Origin: Buchnera aphidicola str. APS (Acyrthosiphon pisum) | GTDB lineage: Bacteria; Pseudomonadota; Gammaproteobacteria; Enterobacterales; Enterobacteriaceae | NCBI RefSeq assembly: GCF_000009605.1 | Contig: NC_002528.1 | Span: 270,001-302,000, forward strand | DNA: 32,000 nucleotides | Direction: 5' to 3' | Part shown: piece by piece, positions 10,862-21,465 of the stretch | Layout of the letters: each line of letters begins with the position of its first letter | Numbering within the stretch: position 1 is the stretch's first letter | The notes under the pieces: model-generated | What the model was told of the DNA's origin: nothing | What the model saw: only the letters and a program-made list of their open reading frames with translations | The model's database searches: none | Translations under genes and position numbers: made by a program

Positions 10862-10869
10862 AATATTTT

Positions 10870-11355
10870 ATGAAATATGAAAAAGATAAAAATTGGATGA
10901 AAATTGCTTTAAAATACGCATATTATGCTAAAGAAAAAGGGGAAATTCCCATAGGTGCAATATTAGTTTTTAAGGAACGTATAATCGGAATAGGCTGGAA
11001 TAGTTCTATTTCTAAAAACGATCCAACTGCACACGCGGAGATTATAGCATTACGTGGTGCAGGAAAAAAAATAAAAAATTATCGATTATTAAATACTACA
11101 TTATATGTTACTTTGCAACCGTGTATTATGTGTTGTGGTGCGATTATACAGAGTCGTATTAAACGTTTGGTATTTGGTGCTAATTGTAATTCATCAGATC
11201 ATCGATTCTCATTAAAAAATCTGTTTTGCGACCCACAAAAAGATTACAAATTAGATATTAAAAAAAATGTTATGCAACGTGAATGTTCCGATATTTTAAT
11301 AAATTTCTTCCAAAAAAAGAGAAAAAATAAAATCCATATTTGCAAGAAAATTTAA
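10870..11355 (+). CDS. tadA: tRNA-specific adenosine deaminase
   Basis: CDA-fold zinc motifs HAEIIALR and PCIMCCGA, with an N-terminal WM..AL..A region as in E. coli TadA (YfhC). Its stop codon directly abuts the acpS stop. Confidence 0.9.
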
Positions 11356-11736
11356 TTAATTTTCCAAAATAACTAAAGCATAAGCGTATAATTTTTGATC
11401 AGAAATACTTACATGTATCGATTTACATTGGATTTCTTTAGATTTTTTTAGAGCATGTTTTAAAAAGCGCAATTTTGGTTTGCCCGATTTATTTTTATAA
11501 AATTCCAGTTGATTGAATGTTATTTGATGATTTATACCTGTTCCTAACGCTTTAGAAGCAGCCTCTTTAGCAACGAATTTTTTTGCAAGAAAACTAATAC
11601 TATCATCGATAAGAATGTATTTCTTCCATTCTTCTGTAGATAAAATTTTTCTTGCAAATTTATCTCCATACTTTAAAAAAATATTTTTAATACGTAATAT
11701 TTCTACAAAATCTATTCCTATACCTATAATTGACAT
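11356..11736 (-). CDS. acpS: Holo-[acyl-carrier-protein] synthase
   Basis: 126 aa, the same length as E. coli AcpS. GIGIDFVEI.RI, FLAKKFVAKEAASKALGTGI and GKPKLRF. Confidence 0.92.
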   Translation of the reverse strand: MSIIGIGIDFVEILRIKNIFLKYGDKFARKILSTEEWKKYILIDDSISFLAKKFVAKEAASKALGTGINHQITFNQLEFYKNKSGKPKLRFLKHALKKSKEIQCKSIHVSISDQKLYAYALVILEN

Positions 11737-11860
11737 TATAAAGATACACCTTATGTAAATATAATTTTTTATATTTAAAAATTATTGATTTTTTTAAAAT
11801 CAGTTAAAAATTTGAACTTTTAACTAATTTTAAAAAATTAGTTATATTATTCTATTAATT

Positions 11861-12712
11861 TCAATTTTTGTCTTTAACCCATAAGACAAGATGAGTTTTT
11901 ATATAAAATTTCTTTTCTATATTATTTCTTGAAATCATACTAATTTTTTTTATTTTCTCTCCATTATGACCAATTACAATACTTTTTTGCCTTACATTTT
12001 TTACCCAAATTATGGCTTTTATATAAAGTGCTATTTTTTCTTTCTTTTTAAAAGATTCTATTTCTACTTTAATTATGGAAGGCAATTCATCTCCTAAAAA
12101 TAATATTAATTGTTCTCGAATAATTTCAGAGACTGTAAAAAAATCGGAATTAGTTGTAATATAACATTCAGGATATATATGACAGTTTTCTGGCAAATAA
12201 GATTTAATTATATTTTTTAATAATATTAAATTACTTATTTTTTTTGCAGAAATGGGAAGAATTTCTATAAAATCAATTTTTTTTTTGAGAAAATTGATAA
12301 AAGGCAACAAAATAATTTTGTTACTTATTTTATCAATTTTATTAATAATAATTAAAATTGGTATTTTAGTTTTCTTTATTTCATTTAAAATTATTTCATC
12401 ATGTATTGTCCAATCAATCCGATCAATAATAAAAATGATTAATGTTGCGATTTGTGTTGTTTGATAAAAATTGTTTTTATGATGTTTCATTTGATTGTTA
12501 TTTTTGTCAAAAACTACTCCGGGAGTATCTATATAAATTGATTGATAATTATCTTCTGTTTTAATACCGGTAATATTACTCTGTGTAGTATTTTTTTTTC
12601 TTGAAACAATAGAAATTTTTTTACCAATTATATTATTGAGTAATGTTGATTTACCAACATTTGCTTTTCCAACAATTATTACATGTCCACAATATTTTTT
12701 TTTTATTTTCAC
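11861..12712 (-). CDS. era: GTPase Era
   Basis: G1 [14 protein letters not shown]3 DTPG, G4 NKID, and a KH domain (VEIESF...[10 protein letters not shown]). GTG start overlaps the rnc stop (GTGA, 12709-12712). It is 283 aa against 301 in E. coli because the C-terminal tail is shorter. Confidence 0.92.
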   Translation of the reverse strand: MKIKKKYCGHVIIVGKANVGKSTLLNNIIGKKISIVSRKKNTTQSNITGIKTEDNYQSIYIDTPGVVFDKNNNQMKHHKNNFYQTTQIATLIIFIIDRIDWTIHDEIILNEIKKTKIPILIIINKIDKISNKIILLPFINFLKKKIDFIEILPISAKKISNLILLKNIIKSYLPENCHIYPECYITTNSDFFTVSEIIREQLILFLGDELPSIIKVEIESFKKKEKIALYIKAIIWVKNVRQKSIVIGHNGEKIKKISMISRNNIEKKFYIKTHLVLWVKDKN

Positions 12713-13389
12713 TCTACACCTAATTTAATTAATGCTTTTTGAGCTGCATCTTGTTCAGCTTTTCTTCTACTAGAACCTGTTCCAATCAAATATTCTGAAA
12801 TGGTACTAATTTTACAATGAATGGTAAATAGTTGATTATGAGCTTCACCATATACTTCAACTATAAAATATAAAGGCAAAGATAAATGCTTTGATTGTAA
12901 ATACTCTTGCAACCGTGTTTTAGGATCTTTTTGTGTGTCTCCAGGACTAATTTTTTCTAAACGTTTTTCATACCATTTTAATATTAATTCTTCTACTGTT
13001 TTAATGTTACTATCTAAATAAATACTTCCAATTAAAGCTTCTACAGTATTGGCTAAAATAGATTCACGACGAAAACCTCCACTTTTTAATTCTCCCTGTC
13101 CTAATTTTAAATATTCTCCTAAATCAAATTCATATGCGATTTCTGCTAAAGTATTTCCTCGAACTAAAGTTGCTCTCATTCGACTCATATCACCCTCATC
13201 GATATATGGAAAATGTTGATATAAAGCATTGGCGATAACGAAACTTAGAATAGAATCGCCTAAAAACTCCAGTCGTTCATTATGTTTACTACTCGCACTA
13301 CGATGTGTTAATGCTTGTTTTAAAAGATCCTTATGAGTAAAAGTATATCCTAATACTTTTTGTATTTTTTTTGTCACAATATGATTCAT
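12709..13389 (-). CDS. rnc: Ribonuclease III
   Basis: 226 aa, the same length as E. coli Rnc. Signature [12 protein letters not shown], a second catalytic block [14 protein letters not shown], and a C-terminal dsRBD ([11 protein letters not shown]...[18 protein letters not shown]). Confidence 0.96.
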   Translation of the reverse strand: MNHIVTKKIQKVLGYTFTHKDLLKQALTHRSASSKHNERLEFLGDSILSFVIANALYQHFPYIDEGDMSRMRATLVRGNTLAEIAYEFDLGEYLKLGQGELKSGGFRRESILANTVEALIGSIYLDSNIKTVEELILKWYEKRLEKISPGDTQKDPKTRLQEYLQSKHLSLPLYFIVEVYGEAHNQLFTIHCKISTISEYLIGTGSSRRKAEQDAAQKALIKLGVE

Positions 13390-13519
13390 GTTATACCAAT
13401 TTCAATAATATTTTAATTGATTGTACATATAACAAGGAAAATAGAAATTTTGATAAAATTGAAGGTATACGCTAATATAAATATTGACTCTTATTATATT
13501 TCTATTAGATTAGTCTTTT

Positions 13520-14464
13520 CTAATGTATACTTCCAATTCTATTTATACGTATACCAGTAGGCCATTCATTTTCATTTTTATCAAAACTCATCCATATTTT
13601 AATGGCTTTTCCCACTAAGTTTTTTTCAGGTACAAACCCCCAATAACGACTATCTAAACTATTATCACGATTATCTCCCATCATGAAATATTCACCTTTA
13701 GGTACAATCCAAGTTAATTTAGGCATATTTTTTTGTTGAAAATAATTTTCTTTTGTATTTTTAATACTATTTAATAGTAATATACTATGTTTGACATCCT
13801 CGATTATTTCTTCAACAATATCAAAATATAATGAGTTATATATGTTTTTATCTTCTTTGATATTGTTCTTATTAGAGAAGTATATTTTTTGAATAAAATT
13901 ACTAGATCGAGATTGGGAATAATTAATTGATATCTTCTTTTCACATCCTCTCTGGTCTGAATAATTCGTACATATATGTATGTGTTTATCGTGAAGATCA
14001 TATCTAATTTTATCTCCAGGTAATCCTATTATACGTTTAATATAATTTATATTATGATCAGTAGGATGTTGAAATACTGCAATATCACCACGATTAGGTT
14101 TTTTGGTACGTATTAATATTTTATGTGTAATGGGTTCTTTAATACCATATGAAAACTTTTCTACTAAAATAAAATCACCCACTAAAAGAGTAGGCATCAT
14201 AGAACCTGAAGGAATTTGAAAAGGCTCATAAATAAATGAACGTATAATAAATATTGCTAAAAAAATTGGGAAAAATGACGCTAAAGATTTTAAGAAATAT
14301 GTTTTATTTTTTGATTTTTCTATTTTTTCTTGATGAAAATTATTATTGTTAATTATTTTTTTATTAATTAAATAATTTTTAAAGCTTTTGATACAATAAA
14401 AACTCCAAAATATTCCAGTTACTAATGTACTAATTAACAAAAAAATAGTTAATATATTTGCCAT
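13520..14464 (-). CDS. lepB: Signal peptidase I
   Basis: Catalytic Ser box IPSGSMMPTL, Lys box YIKRIIGLPGD and GDNRDNSLDSRYWGFVP. Two N-terminal hydrophobic segments. SD GGAAA lies upstream, 15 nt after the lepA stop. Confidence 0.93.
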   Translation of the reverse strand: MANILTIFLLISTLVTGIFWSFYCIKSFKNYLINKKIINNNNFHQEKIEKSKNKTYFLKSLASFFPIFLAIFIIRSFIYEPFQIPSGSMMPTLLVGDFILVEKFSYGIKEPITHKILIRTKKPNRGDIAVFQHPTDHNINYIKRIIGLPGDKIRYDLHDKHIHICTNYSDQRGCEKKISINYSQSRSSNFIQKIYFSNKNNIKEDKNIYNSLYFDIVEEIIEDVKHSILLLNSIKNTKENYFQQKNMPKLTWIVPKGEYFMMGDNRDNSLDSRYWGFVPEKNLVGKAIKIWMSFDKNENEWPTGIRINRIGSIH

Positions 14465-14479
14465 GGTATTTTCCTTTTT

Positions 14480-16273
14480 TTAACTTTCTCTAGAATTTAA
14501 AATCGAAAGAAATACTGTTTTAGGCACATTAACATTACCTATTTTTTTCATTCTTTTTTTTCCGTCTTTTTGCTTTTGTAACAATTTCTTTTTTCTACTA
14601 ACATCACCACCATAACACTTTGATAATACATTTTTCCTCAATTGCTTAATAGTAGATCGTGCGATAACAGAATTGTTAATTACAGCTTGAATTGAAATGT
14701 CAAATTGATGTCGAGGTATTAATTTTTTCATTTTATCAACTATTTCACGAGAACGAGATTGTGCATTTTTATGGTAGGATAGTATTGTTAGAGCATCTAC
14801 CTTTTCTGAGTTAATTAATATATCTATTCGTACCATTTTCACAGATTGAAAATATTTAAAATCATATTCCAATGAAGCATATCCACTAGATACAGATTTT
14901 AGTTCATCAAAAAAATTTAATATAACTTCATTCATAGGTATATTATATTTCAATAATACTTGATGTGAATGATAAACCATATTAATTTGAACACCTCTTT
15001 TTTTTATACATAATTTTATTATTGATCCAAGAAATTGAGGAGGTGATAGAATACTGCATTCTACGATCGGTTCTTTAATTATTTTTATATCATTCATATT
15101 AGGAAAATTAGAAGGAGTATCTAAATAAATTATTTTCCCATTAATAAGTTCTATTTCATAAATAACTGTAGGTATTGTAGTAATTAAATCAATAGAATAT
15201 TCTCTTTCCAAGCGTGCTTGAATGATTTCCATATGCAATACACCTAAAAATCCACATCTAAATCCAAAACCAAGCGCTACTGAATTTTCTGGTTCATAAA
15301 ATAAAGAAGCGTCATTTAAACTTAATTTTCCTAATGCATCTCTAAACATTTCATATTGATCTGATGTAAGGGGAAATAGACCAGCATATATTTGAGGTTT
15401 AATTTTTTTAAAACCTATTATCATATTTTTGGCTGGATTTTTAGCTGTTGTTAACGTATCTCCAACAGGAGCAGCAATGATATTTTTTATACCACAAATA
15501 ATCCAACCTACTTCACCACATCTTAATTGGTTTTTATTTAATTTTTTAGGTGTAAAAACACCTATTTGATCAACATAATAATTTTTTCCTGTGCTCATTA
15601 CTTGAATTTTATCTCTTTCAAATAATATGCCATTTTTAATTCTTATCAAAGATACTACACCTAGATAATTATCAAACCAGGAATCAATAATTAATGCTTG
15701 AAGAGGGGAATTTATTGAACCTTTAGGATAAGGAATATCGTTAATAATACGTTCTATTAGATCTTCGATGCCTTCTCCAGTTTTAGCTGAACATCTAATT
15801 GCATCCAATGCAGGTATTCCTATAATATCTTCAATTTCTTTAGCTACTTTGTCTGCATTTGAATTAGGTAAATCTATTTTATTTAATACAGGAACAATTT
15901 CTACATTCATATCTATTGCAGTATAACAATTAGCTAAGGTCTGTGCTTCAACCCCTTGAGTGGAATCTACAACTAATAATGCTCCTTCGCATGCAGCTAA
16001 CGATCGAGATACTTCATAAGAAAAATCAACATGACCTGGAGTGTCAATAAAATTTAAATTAAAAATATTTCCTGATTTATTTTTGTAATCAATCATAACG
16101 CTTTGAGCTTTAATAGTAATGCCTCGTTCTTTTTCTAAATCCATTGAATCTAATACTTGATTAGACATTTCTCTTTCAGATAAACCGCCACATAATTGTA
16201 TTAATCGATCAGATAAAGTTGATTTTCCATGATCAATATGAGCTATAATCGAAAAATTTCTTATACTTTTCAT
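14480..16273 (-). CDS. lepA: Elongation factor 4 (LepA)
   Basis: [23 protein letters not shown]...DTPGHVDF...NKID, and C-terminal [25 protein letters not shown], nearly identical to E. coli LepA. The ATG at 16273 aligns with the E. coli start (597 aa against 599). The ORF-track start at 16312 adds 13 unsupported residues. Confidence 0.95.
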   Translation of the reverse strand: MKSIRNFSIIAHIDHGKSTLSDRLIQLCGGLSEREMSNQVLDSMDLEKERGITIKAQSVMIDYKNKSGNIFNLNFIDTPGHVDFSYEVSRSLAACEGALLVVDSTQGVEAQTLANCYTAIDMNVEIVPVLNKIDLPNSNADKVAKEIEDIIGIPALDAIRCSAKTGEGIEDLIERIINDIPYPKGSINSPLQALIIDSWFDNYLGVVSLIRIKNGILFERDKIQVMSTGKNYYVDQIGVFTPKKLNKNQLRCGEVGWIICGIKNIIAAPVGDTLTTAKNPAKNMIIGFKKIKPQIYAGLFPLTSDQYEMFRDALGKLSLNDASLFYEPENSVALGFGFRCGFLGVLHMEIIQARLEREYSIDLITTIPTVIYEIELINGKIIYLDTPSNFPNMNDIKIIKEPIVECSILSPPQFLGSIIKLCIKKRGVQINMVYHSHQVLLKYNIPMNEVILNFFDELKSVSSGYASLEYDFKYFQSVKMVRIDILINSEKVDALTILSYHKNAQSRSREIVDKMKKLIPRHQFDISIQAVINNSVIARSTIKQLRKNVLSKCYGGDVSRKKKLLQKQKDGKKRMKKIGNVNVPKTVFLSILNSRES

Positions 16274-16507
16274 GTTTTTTATACCATATTCATGTTTAAT
16301 ACATTTTAACATGCAGTAAAAAATATTTTTTATTATTTTTATAAATTTTTAATAAAAAATATACTAGGATAAAAGTTTGTTTAAAAATAATATGTTTTAG
16401 AAATATAAAAGATAATTTATTTATTCTTCTTGTTTATGATATATAATGTAATATTAAATATATTAAAAAATATCTACAAGAAAATATTAAAATTAATACC
16501 TTTAATT

Positions 16508-17614
16508 ATGATAATAAAAAAAAATAAAAAAATTATTGTTGCTATGTCTGGAGGGGTAGATTCATCTGTTTGTGCGTGGATTTTAAAGAAACAAAATTAT
16601 CAAGTAGAAGGTTTATTCATGAAAAATTGGGAAGAAGACGACCAAGAAGGATATTGCAGTTCTACTAAAGATTTATTAGATGCAGAAAACATCTGTAAAA
16701 AATTAAATATATATCTTCATAAGATGAATTTTTCCTCAGAATATTGGGAATATGTTTTTGAAAACTTTCTAAAGGAATATAAAAAAGGAAACACACCTAA
16801 TCCAGATATATTATGTAACAAAGAAATTAAATTTAATATGTTTTTGAATTATTCTATTCAAGAACTTAAAGCCGATTATATTGCTACAGGTCATTACGCT
16901 CGTATAAAAAAGATAAATGGTAAATATTTACTTTTAAAAGGAATTGATACTAATAAAGATCAAAGTTATTTTTTATATACTTTAAATAGTATTCAGCTTA
17001 GAAAAATTCTATTTCCTATCGGACATTTAAAAAAAAATAAAGTAAGGAATATAGCTAAAAAAATAGATTTAAAAATCGCTAAAAAAAAAGATTCTACGGG
17101 TATTTGTTTTATTGGTCCTAAAAAATTAAAAAATTTTTTAAGCCTTTATATTTCTGAAAAAAAAGGTGATATAGTTACAATTTCTGGACGAGTTATTGGC
17201 AAACATAGTGGAGTGTTTTATTATACTATAGGTCAACGGCAGGGATTAGGTATAGGCGGAATAAAAGGAGAATACAACATACCCTGGTATGTTGTAGAAA
17301 AAAATATTGAAAAAAACATATTAATTGTTGCTCAAGGTTCTTATAATAAACACCTTATGTCCATAGGATTAATTGCTAAAAATATTAATTGGATTAATTA
17401 TGATCAGTTGTCTTTTCCTTTGTCTTGTATGGCAAAAACAAGATATCGTCAGAAAGATATTATATGTAAAATAGAATATATTAATAATCATCATATAAAA
17501 ATATTATTTGATTGTCCAGTTGCCGCCGTCACACCTGGACAATCAGTAGTTTTTTATGTATCAGATATTTGTATAGGTGGTGGGATTATTGAATCTAGAT
17601 TACCATTGTTATAA
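16508..17614 (+). CDS. mnmA: tRNA 2-thiouridine(34) synthase MnmA
   Basis: PP-loop VAMSGGVDSSV, plus NPDILCNKEIKF, DQSYFLY and KKDSTGICFIG. The ATG at 16508 gives 368 aa, the same as E. coli MnmA. The ORF-track TTG at 16430 adds 26 non-homologous residues. Confidence 0.93.
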   Translation: MIIKKNKKIIVAMSGGVDSSVCAWILKKQNYQVEGLFMKNWEEDDQEGYCSSTKDLLDAENICKKLNIYLHKMNFSSEYWEYVFENFLKEYKKGNTPNPDILCNKEIKFNMFLNYSIQELKADYIATGHYARIKKINGKYLLLKGIDTNKDQSYFLYTLNSIQLRKILFPIGHLKKNKVRNIAKKIDLKIAKKKDSTGICFIGPKKLKNFLSLYISEKKGDIVTISGRVIGKHSGVFYYTIGQRQGLGIGGIKGEYNIPWYVVEKNIEKNILIVAQGSYNKHLMSIGLIAKNINWINYDQLSFPLSCMAKTRYRQKDIICKIEYINNHHIKILFDCPVAAVTPGQSVVFYVSDICIGGGIIESRLPLL

Positions 17615-17649
17615 TTTTAATTATTTTGAATAGTAAGGAGATAATTGTG

Positions 17650-18285
17650 ATGAAAAAAATACACTTAATTACGTTATCACTTGCAGGTATATGTCAGTCA
17701 GCTCATTTAGTACAGCAATTAGCTTATTCAGGAAAATGCGACAGTAATGCATTCAGTATATGTTTAAAAAGTATTTTAGAAATTAATCCAACTTCTTTCA
17801 TTGCAATATATGGTAATCATGAAAAAAACCTCATCATAGGATTGGAAATATTGTTATCTACTTTAACTTTTTCTAGTTTTTCTTATTCATATATTGAACT
17901 AATTAAATACATTTCTAATATGATGATTATTGAAAAAAAGTTAAAAAAAAGTCGTACGGCAATTTATTCTTTAAAAAATAAAATATCAGTTATATCTAGT
18001 GAATACTATTTAAATTACAACATAAAAAATTTAACTCGCAAACTAGGAGAACTATATCTTGAAATTATTAGTTCTTTAGGTTCGCGTATTGTAATAAAAG
18101 GAATAAAAGATTTTTTACAAGATCATCAAATACAAGAAAAAATTCGATGTTTGTTATTTTCAGGTATTCGTGCAATAGTTTTGTGGAAGCAATATGGAGG
18201 AAACCAACTGCAATTGATATATTTTAGATATTTTATTATTAAAAAAGCAAAAAAAATATTGTATCATTTAAAAGATGCAACTTAA
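17650..18285 (+). CDS. hflD: High-frequency-of-lysogenization protein HflD homologue
   Basis: ITLSLAGICQSAHLVQQLA and SGIRAIVLWKQYGG..LQL match E. coli HflD (YcfC). The ATG at 17650 is preceded by AAGGAG at 8-nt spacing. The mnmA-hflD-purB order is as in E. coli. Confidence 0.88.
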   Translation: MKKIHLITLSLAGICQSAHLVQQLAYSGKCDSNAFSICLKSILEINPTSFIAIYGNHEKNLIIGLEILLSTLTFSSFSYSYIELIKYISNMMIIEKKLKKSRTAIYSLKNKISVISSEYYLNYNIKNLTRKLGELYLEIISSLGSRIVIKGIKDFLQDHQIQEKIRCLLFSGIRAIVLWKQYGGNQLQLIYFRYFIIKKAKKILYHLKDAT

Positions 18286-18323
18286 TTCTTATAAAAAATT
18301 GTTAAAAAATTAGGATATAAGGC

Positions 18324-19694
18324 ATGGAATTAACCTCTTTAACAGCCATCTCTCCTGTTGATGGTCGATACAGCAATTTAACAATATTATTAAGAAATAT
18401 TTTTAGTGAATTTGGTTTTTTAAAATATCGTTTGAACATTGAAGTTCAGTGGCTAAAAAAAATCATTAGTATGTCTCAAATATTAGATATTAATAATATT
18501 GAATATAAAGAAATATTATTTCTTGATAGTATTGTTGAAGAATTTAATGAAAAAGATGCAATTCTTATTAAGAATATAGAAAAAGAAACCAATCATGACA
18601 TTAAGGCTTTAGAGTATTTTTTAAAAAACAAGATCGCTCAATCTAAAAATCTTTTAACTATTTCAGAGTTCGTACATTTTGGATGTACTTCGGAAGACAT
18701 TAACAATATAGCATACTCATTAATGATTAAAGATGCTCGTGATAAAATAATTTTACCATTATGGTATAAAATTATAAGTACTTTAAAAAAAATGGTTTTT
18801 AAATATCAACACTATCCTTTATTATCTTTAACTCATGGACAACCCGCTACTCCATCAACTATGGGAAAAGAGATTGCTAATTTTTATTACCGAATGAAAC
18901 GGCAGTATATCATACTCAAAAAAATAGAAATATTAGGAAAAATTAATGGAAGTACTGGTAATTATAATGCACATTTAGCAGCATATCCTGATATTAACTG
19001 GCATAAGATAAGTAAAGATTTCATCACGTCATTTGGTATTAATTGGAACCCATATACTACTCAGATCGAACCTCATGATTATATTGCAGAATTTTTTAGT
19101 TGCATGTCTCTATTTAATACAATATTAATTAATTTTAATCGCGACATGTGGGGTTATATTTCACTTAATTATTTTAAACAAAGAACAATAGATTATGAAA
19201 TAGGTTCTTCAATAATGCCCCACAAAGTCAATCCTATTGATTTTGAAAATTCTGAAGGTAATTTAGGACTTTCTAATGCTCTTATGAATCATATGATTAC
19301 AAAATTACCTATTTCTAGATGGCAGCGTGATTTAAGTGATTCTACGGTATTAAGAAATATAGGTGTGGCTATTTCTTATGCAATAATTGCATATAATTCT
19401 GTATTATCAGGAATTAATAAATTAGAAATTAATGAATCTGAATTATTAAAAAATTTGGATAAAAATTGGTCTATTTTATCGGAACCTATTCAGACTATTA
19501 TGCGTCGTTATGGAATTAAAAACGCATATGAAAAATTAAAAAAATTGACTCGAGGAAAAGAAATAAATAGAAATGTCATACATACATTTATTTCTAGTTT
19601 AAATATTCCTGAAGAAGAAAAAAAACGTTTAAAAAATATGACTCCTTTCAACTATATTGGAGCAGCGAGTCAAATTATCAATGAAATAGAATAA
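18324..19694 (+). CDS. purB: Adenylosuccinate lyase
   Basis: 456 aa, the same as E. coli PurB. MELTSLTAISPVDGRY, the fumarate-lyase signature GSSIMPHKVNP, and TSEDINN. Confidence 0.96.
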   Translation: MELTSLTAISPVDGRYSNLTILLRNIFSEFGFLKYRLNIEVQWLKKIISMSQILDINNIEYKEILFLDSIVEEFNEKDAILIKNIEKETNHDIKALEYFLKNKIAQSKNLLTISEFVHFGCTSEDINNIAYSLMIKDARDKIILPLWYKIISTLKKMVFKYQHYPLLSLTHGQPATPSTMGKEIANFYYRMKRQYIILKKIEILGKINGSTGNYNAHLAAYPDINWHKISKDFITSFGINWNPYTTQIEPHDYIAEFFSCMSLFNTILINFNRDMWGYISLNYFKQRTIDYEIGSSIMPHKVNPIDFENSEGNLGLSNALMNHMITKLPISRWQRDLSDSTVLRNIGVAISYAIIAYNSVLSGINKLEINESELLKNLDKNWSILSEPIQTIMRRYGIKNAYEKLKKLTRGKEINRNVIHTFISSLNIPEEEKKRLKNMTPFNYIGAASQIINEIE

Positions 19695-19792
19695 AAAAAA
19701 CAATAATTTTAAAACTTTTGTTTCAATCTTCTATTTATAATAAAAATTACAAGAAATTTTTAAAAAATTTAAAATATCAAGGAGAATATGCT

Positions 19793-20415
19793 GTGACATT
19801 AGGAATATTAGCTATTTCCATTCTGTTATTAACTGGATTTAATCAGTTTTTAAATACAAAACCAACTTTAAAAAAAAATTATTTTTTAAATCAAAAAAGT
19901 ATAAAAAATACTTTAAAGAATTGGAATGATATCATTGCAACTACAGCTAATAAATATAAAGTTGATGAGAAATTAATTAAGTCCATTGTTTACGTAGAAT
20001 CTTCTGGTAATCCTTATGCTAAAAGTCAATCTAATGCTATCGGATTAATGCAAATCAAACCTTCCTCAGCCGGAGCAGAAGTATATCGTTTAAATGGAAA
20101 AAAAGGCAGACCTTCTATTCAAGAATTATATGATCCAAAAACGAATATAGATATAGGAACTTCTTATATCAGTTTTTTACAAAAAAAATTCATCAGTATA
20201 AAAAACAAAGATGTCATGAGATATGCTATAATTGTCGCATATGTCAATGGAACTAGTGCACTTCTTAAAACATTTTCTAAAAGTAGAAAAGAAGCAATAA
20301 ACATAATAAATACTATGACAAAAAAATCTTTTTGTACACACATAAAAAAAAACACCCGGCAGTGCAAGCATTTCGTTATTTAATGAAAATAATTACGGTT
20401 TATAATCTAATATAA
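19793..20415 (+). pseudogene. mltE: Membrane-bound lytic murein transglycosylase E (EmtA), frameshifted in an A9 tract near the 3' end (potentially slippage-rescued)
   Basis: SLT domain VESSGNPYAKSQSNAIGLMQIK and AYVNGTSALLKTFSKSRKEAI. After A9 (20344-20352) the annotated frame gives TRQCKHFVI*. The frame reached by adding one A gives HPAVQAFRYLMK...*, which matches the E. coli tail [13 protein letters not shown]. The GTG at 19793 (AGGAG 8 nt upstream) gives a signal-peptide-like N-terminus. The TTG at 19718 in the ORF track is probably an over-extension. Confidence 0.85.
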
Positions 20416-20496
20416 AAATATTATTTTTAAACAATTAATAATTTTTTAAAAAATTAAAGATTATTCTTAATAATATCTATATCTTGAGATATAAAA

Positions 20497-21279
20497 ATGG
20501 GATTTTTAAAAGGTAAAAAATTTTTAATAATTGGCATTTCAAGTGTACGATCAATTGCTTTTGGTATAGCAAAATCTTTATATAATCAGAAAGCTGAATT
20601 AGGATTTGTATGCCAAAATGAAAAAATCAGAAAAAAAATAAAAAAACTAGTAGAACCAATGAAATCTTGTATCGTACTATGTTGTGACGTTTCTAATGAT
20701 AAAAATATTAAAAAATTATTTATAGATTTAGGTCAGGTATGGAAGAAATTTGACGGATTAGTTCATGCAATTGCTTATTGTCCAAAGCAATATTTTAATG
20801 GAGATTTTATTGATAATATTACCAGAGAAGGTTTTAATATTTCTCATGAAATTAGTTCTTATAGTTTTATAGGATTGGTTAAAGCCTGCAGAACAATGTT
20901 AAACAATTTTTCTTCTTTATTGACTTTATCTTATTTAGGTTCACAACGTGTCGTACCTAATTATAATGTTATGGGTTTAGCTAAAGCTTCATTAGAAGCA
21001 AGTGTCCGTTATATGGCTAGTTCATTAGGAAAAGAAAATATTCGTGTCAACGCTATTTCGTCTAGTCCCATTAAGACTATTTCCTCTTATAAAATTACAA
21101 ATTTTAATAAAATACGAAATTGTTCTTATGCATCTTCTTTTTTAAAAAATTCTGTTACCAGTGAAAATATAGGAAATGTAGCATCCTTTTTATTGTCTGA
21201 TTTGTCTTTAGGTATTACTGGTTCAGTTATTTATGTTGACAATGGTTTTAATGTCAGCAGCATGAATAATATTCAATAA
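20497..21279 (+). CDS. fabI: Enoyl-[acyl-carrier-protein] reductase (NADH) FabI
   Basis: 260 aa. MGFLKGKKFLIIG, LTLSYLGSQRVVPNYNVMGLAKASLEASVRYMA (Tyr/Lys catalytic block) and IRVNAIS are collinear with E. coli FabI. Confidence 0.95.
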   Translation: MGFLKGKKFLIIGISSVRSIAFGIAKSLYNQKAELGFVCQNEKIRKKIKKLVEPMKSCIVLCCDVSNDKNIKKLFIDLGQVWKKFDGLVHAIAYCPKQYFNGDFIDNITREGFNISHEISSYSFIGLVKACRTMLNNFSSLLTLSYLGSQRVVPNYNVMGLAKASLEASVRYMASSLGKENIRVNAISSSPIKTISSYKITNFNKIRNCSYASSFLKNSVTSENIGNVASFLLSDLSLGITGSVIYVDNGFNVSSMNNIQ

Positions 21280-21465
21280 TATTATTATTCAAAATTTAGA
21301 AGGATTATTTATACATAAAAATAATTTACATACAATATACATGCTAATTTTAAAAACTAAAAAGTAATTATCTATGTTATTTCATAAATGAATTATACAT
21401 TTAAATTAATTTTTTACATTTATGAGATTCTTAATTTTTTACAATGACAATTGGGTCGTATTATT

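Noticed and set aside
11780-11880. Possible frameshift explaining the short Era C-terminus (283 aa against 301 aa)
   Set aside because: I translated the other two frames downstream of the stop at 11861. Both hit stops within a few codons and show no similarity to the E. coli tail (SGWADDERALRSLGYVDDL). This looks like genuine truncation, not a tract frameshift.
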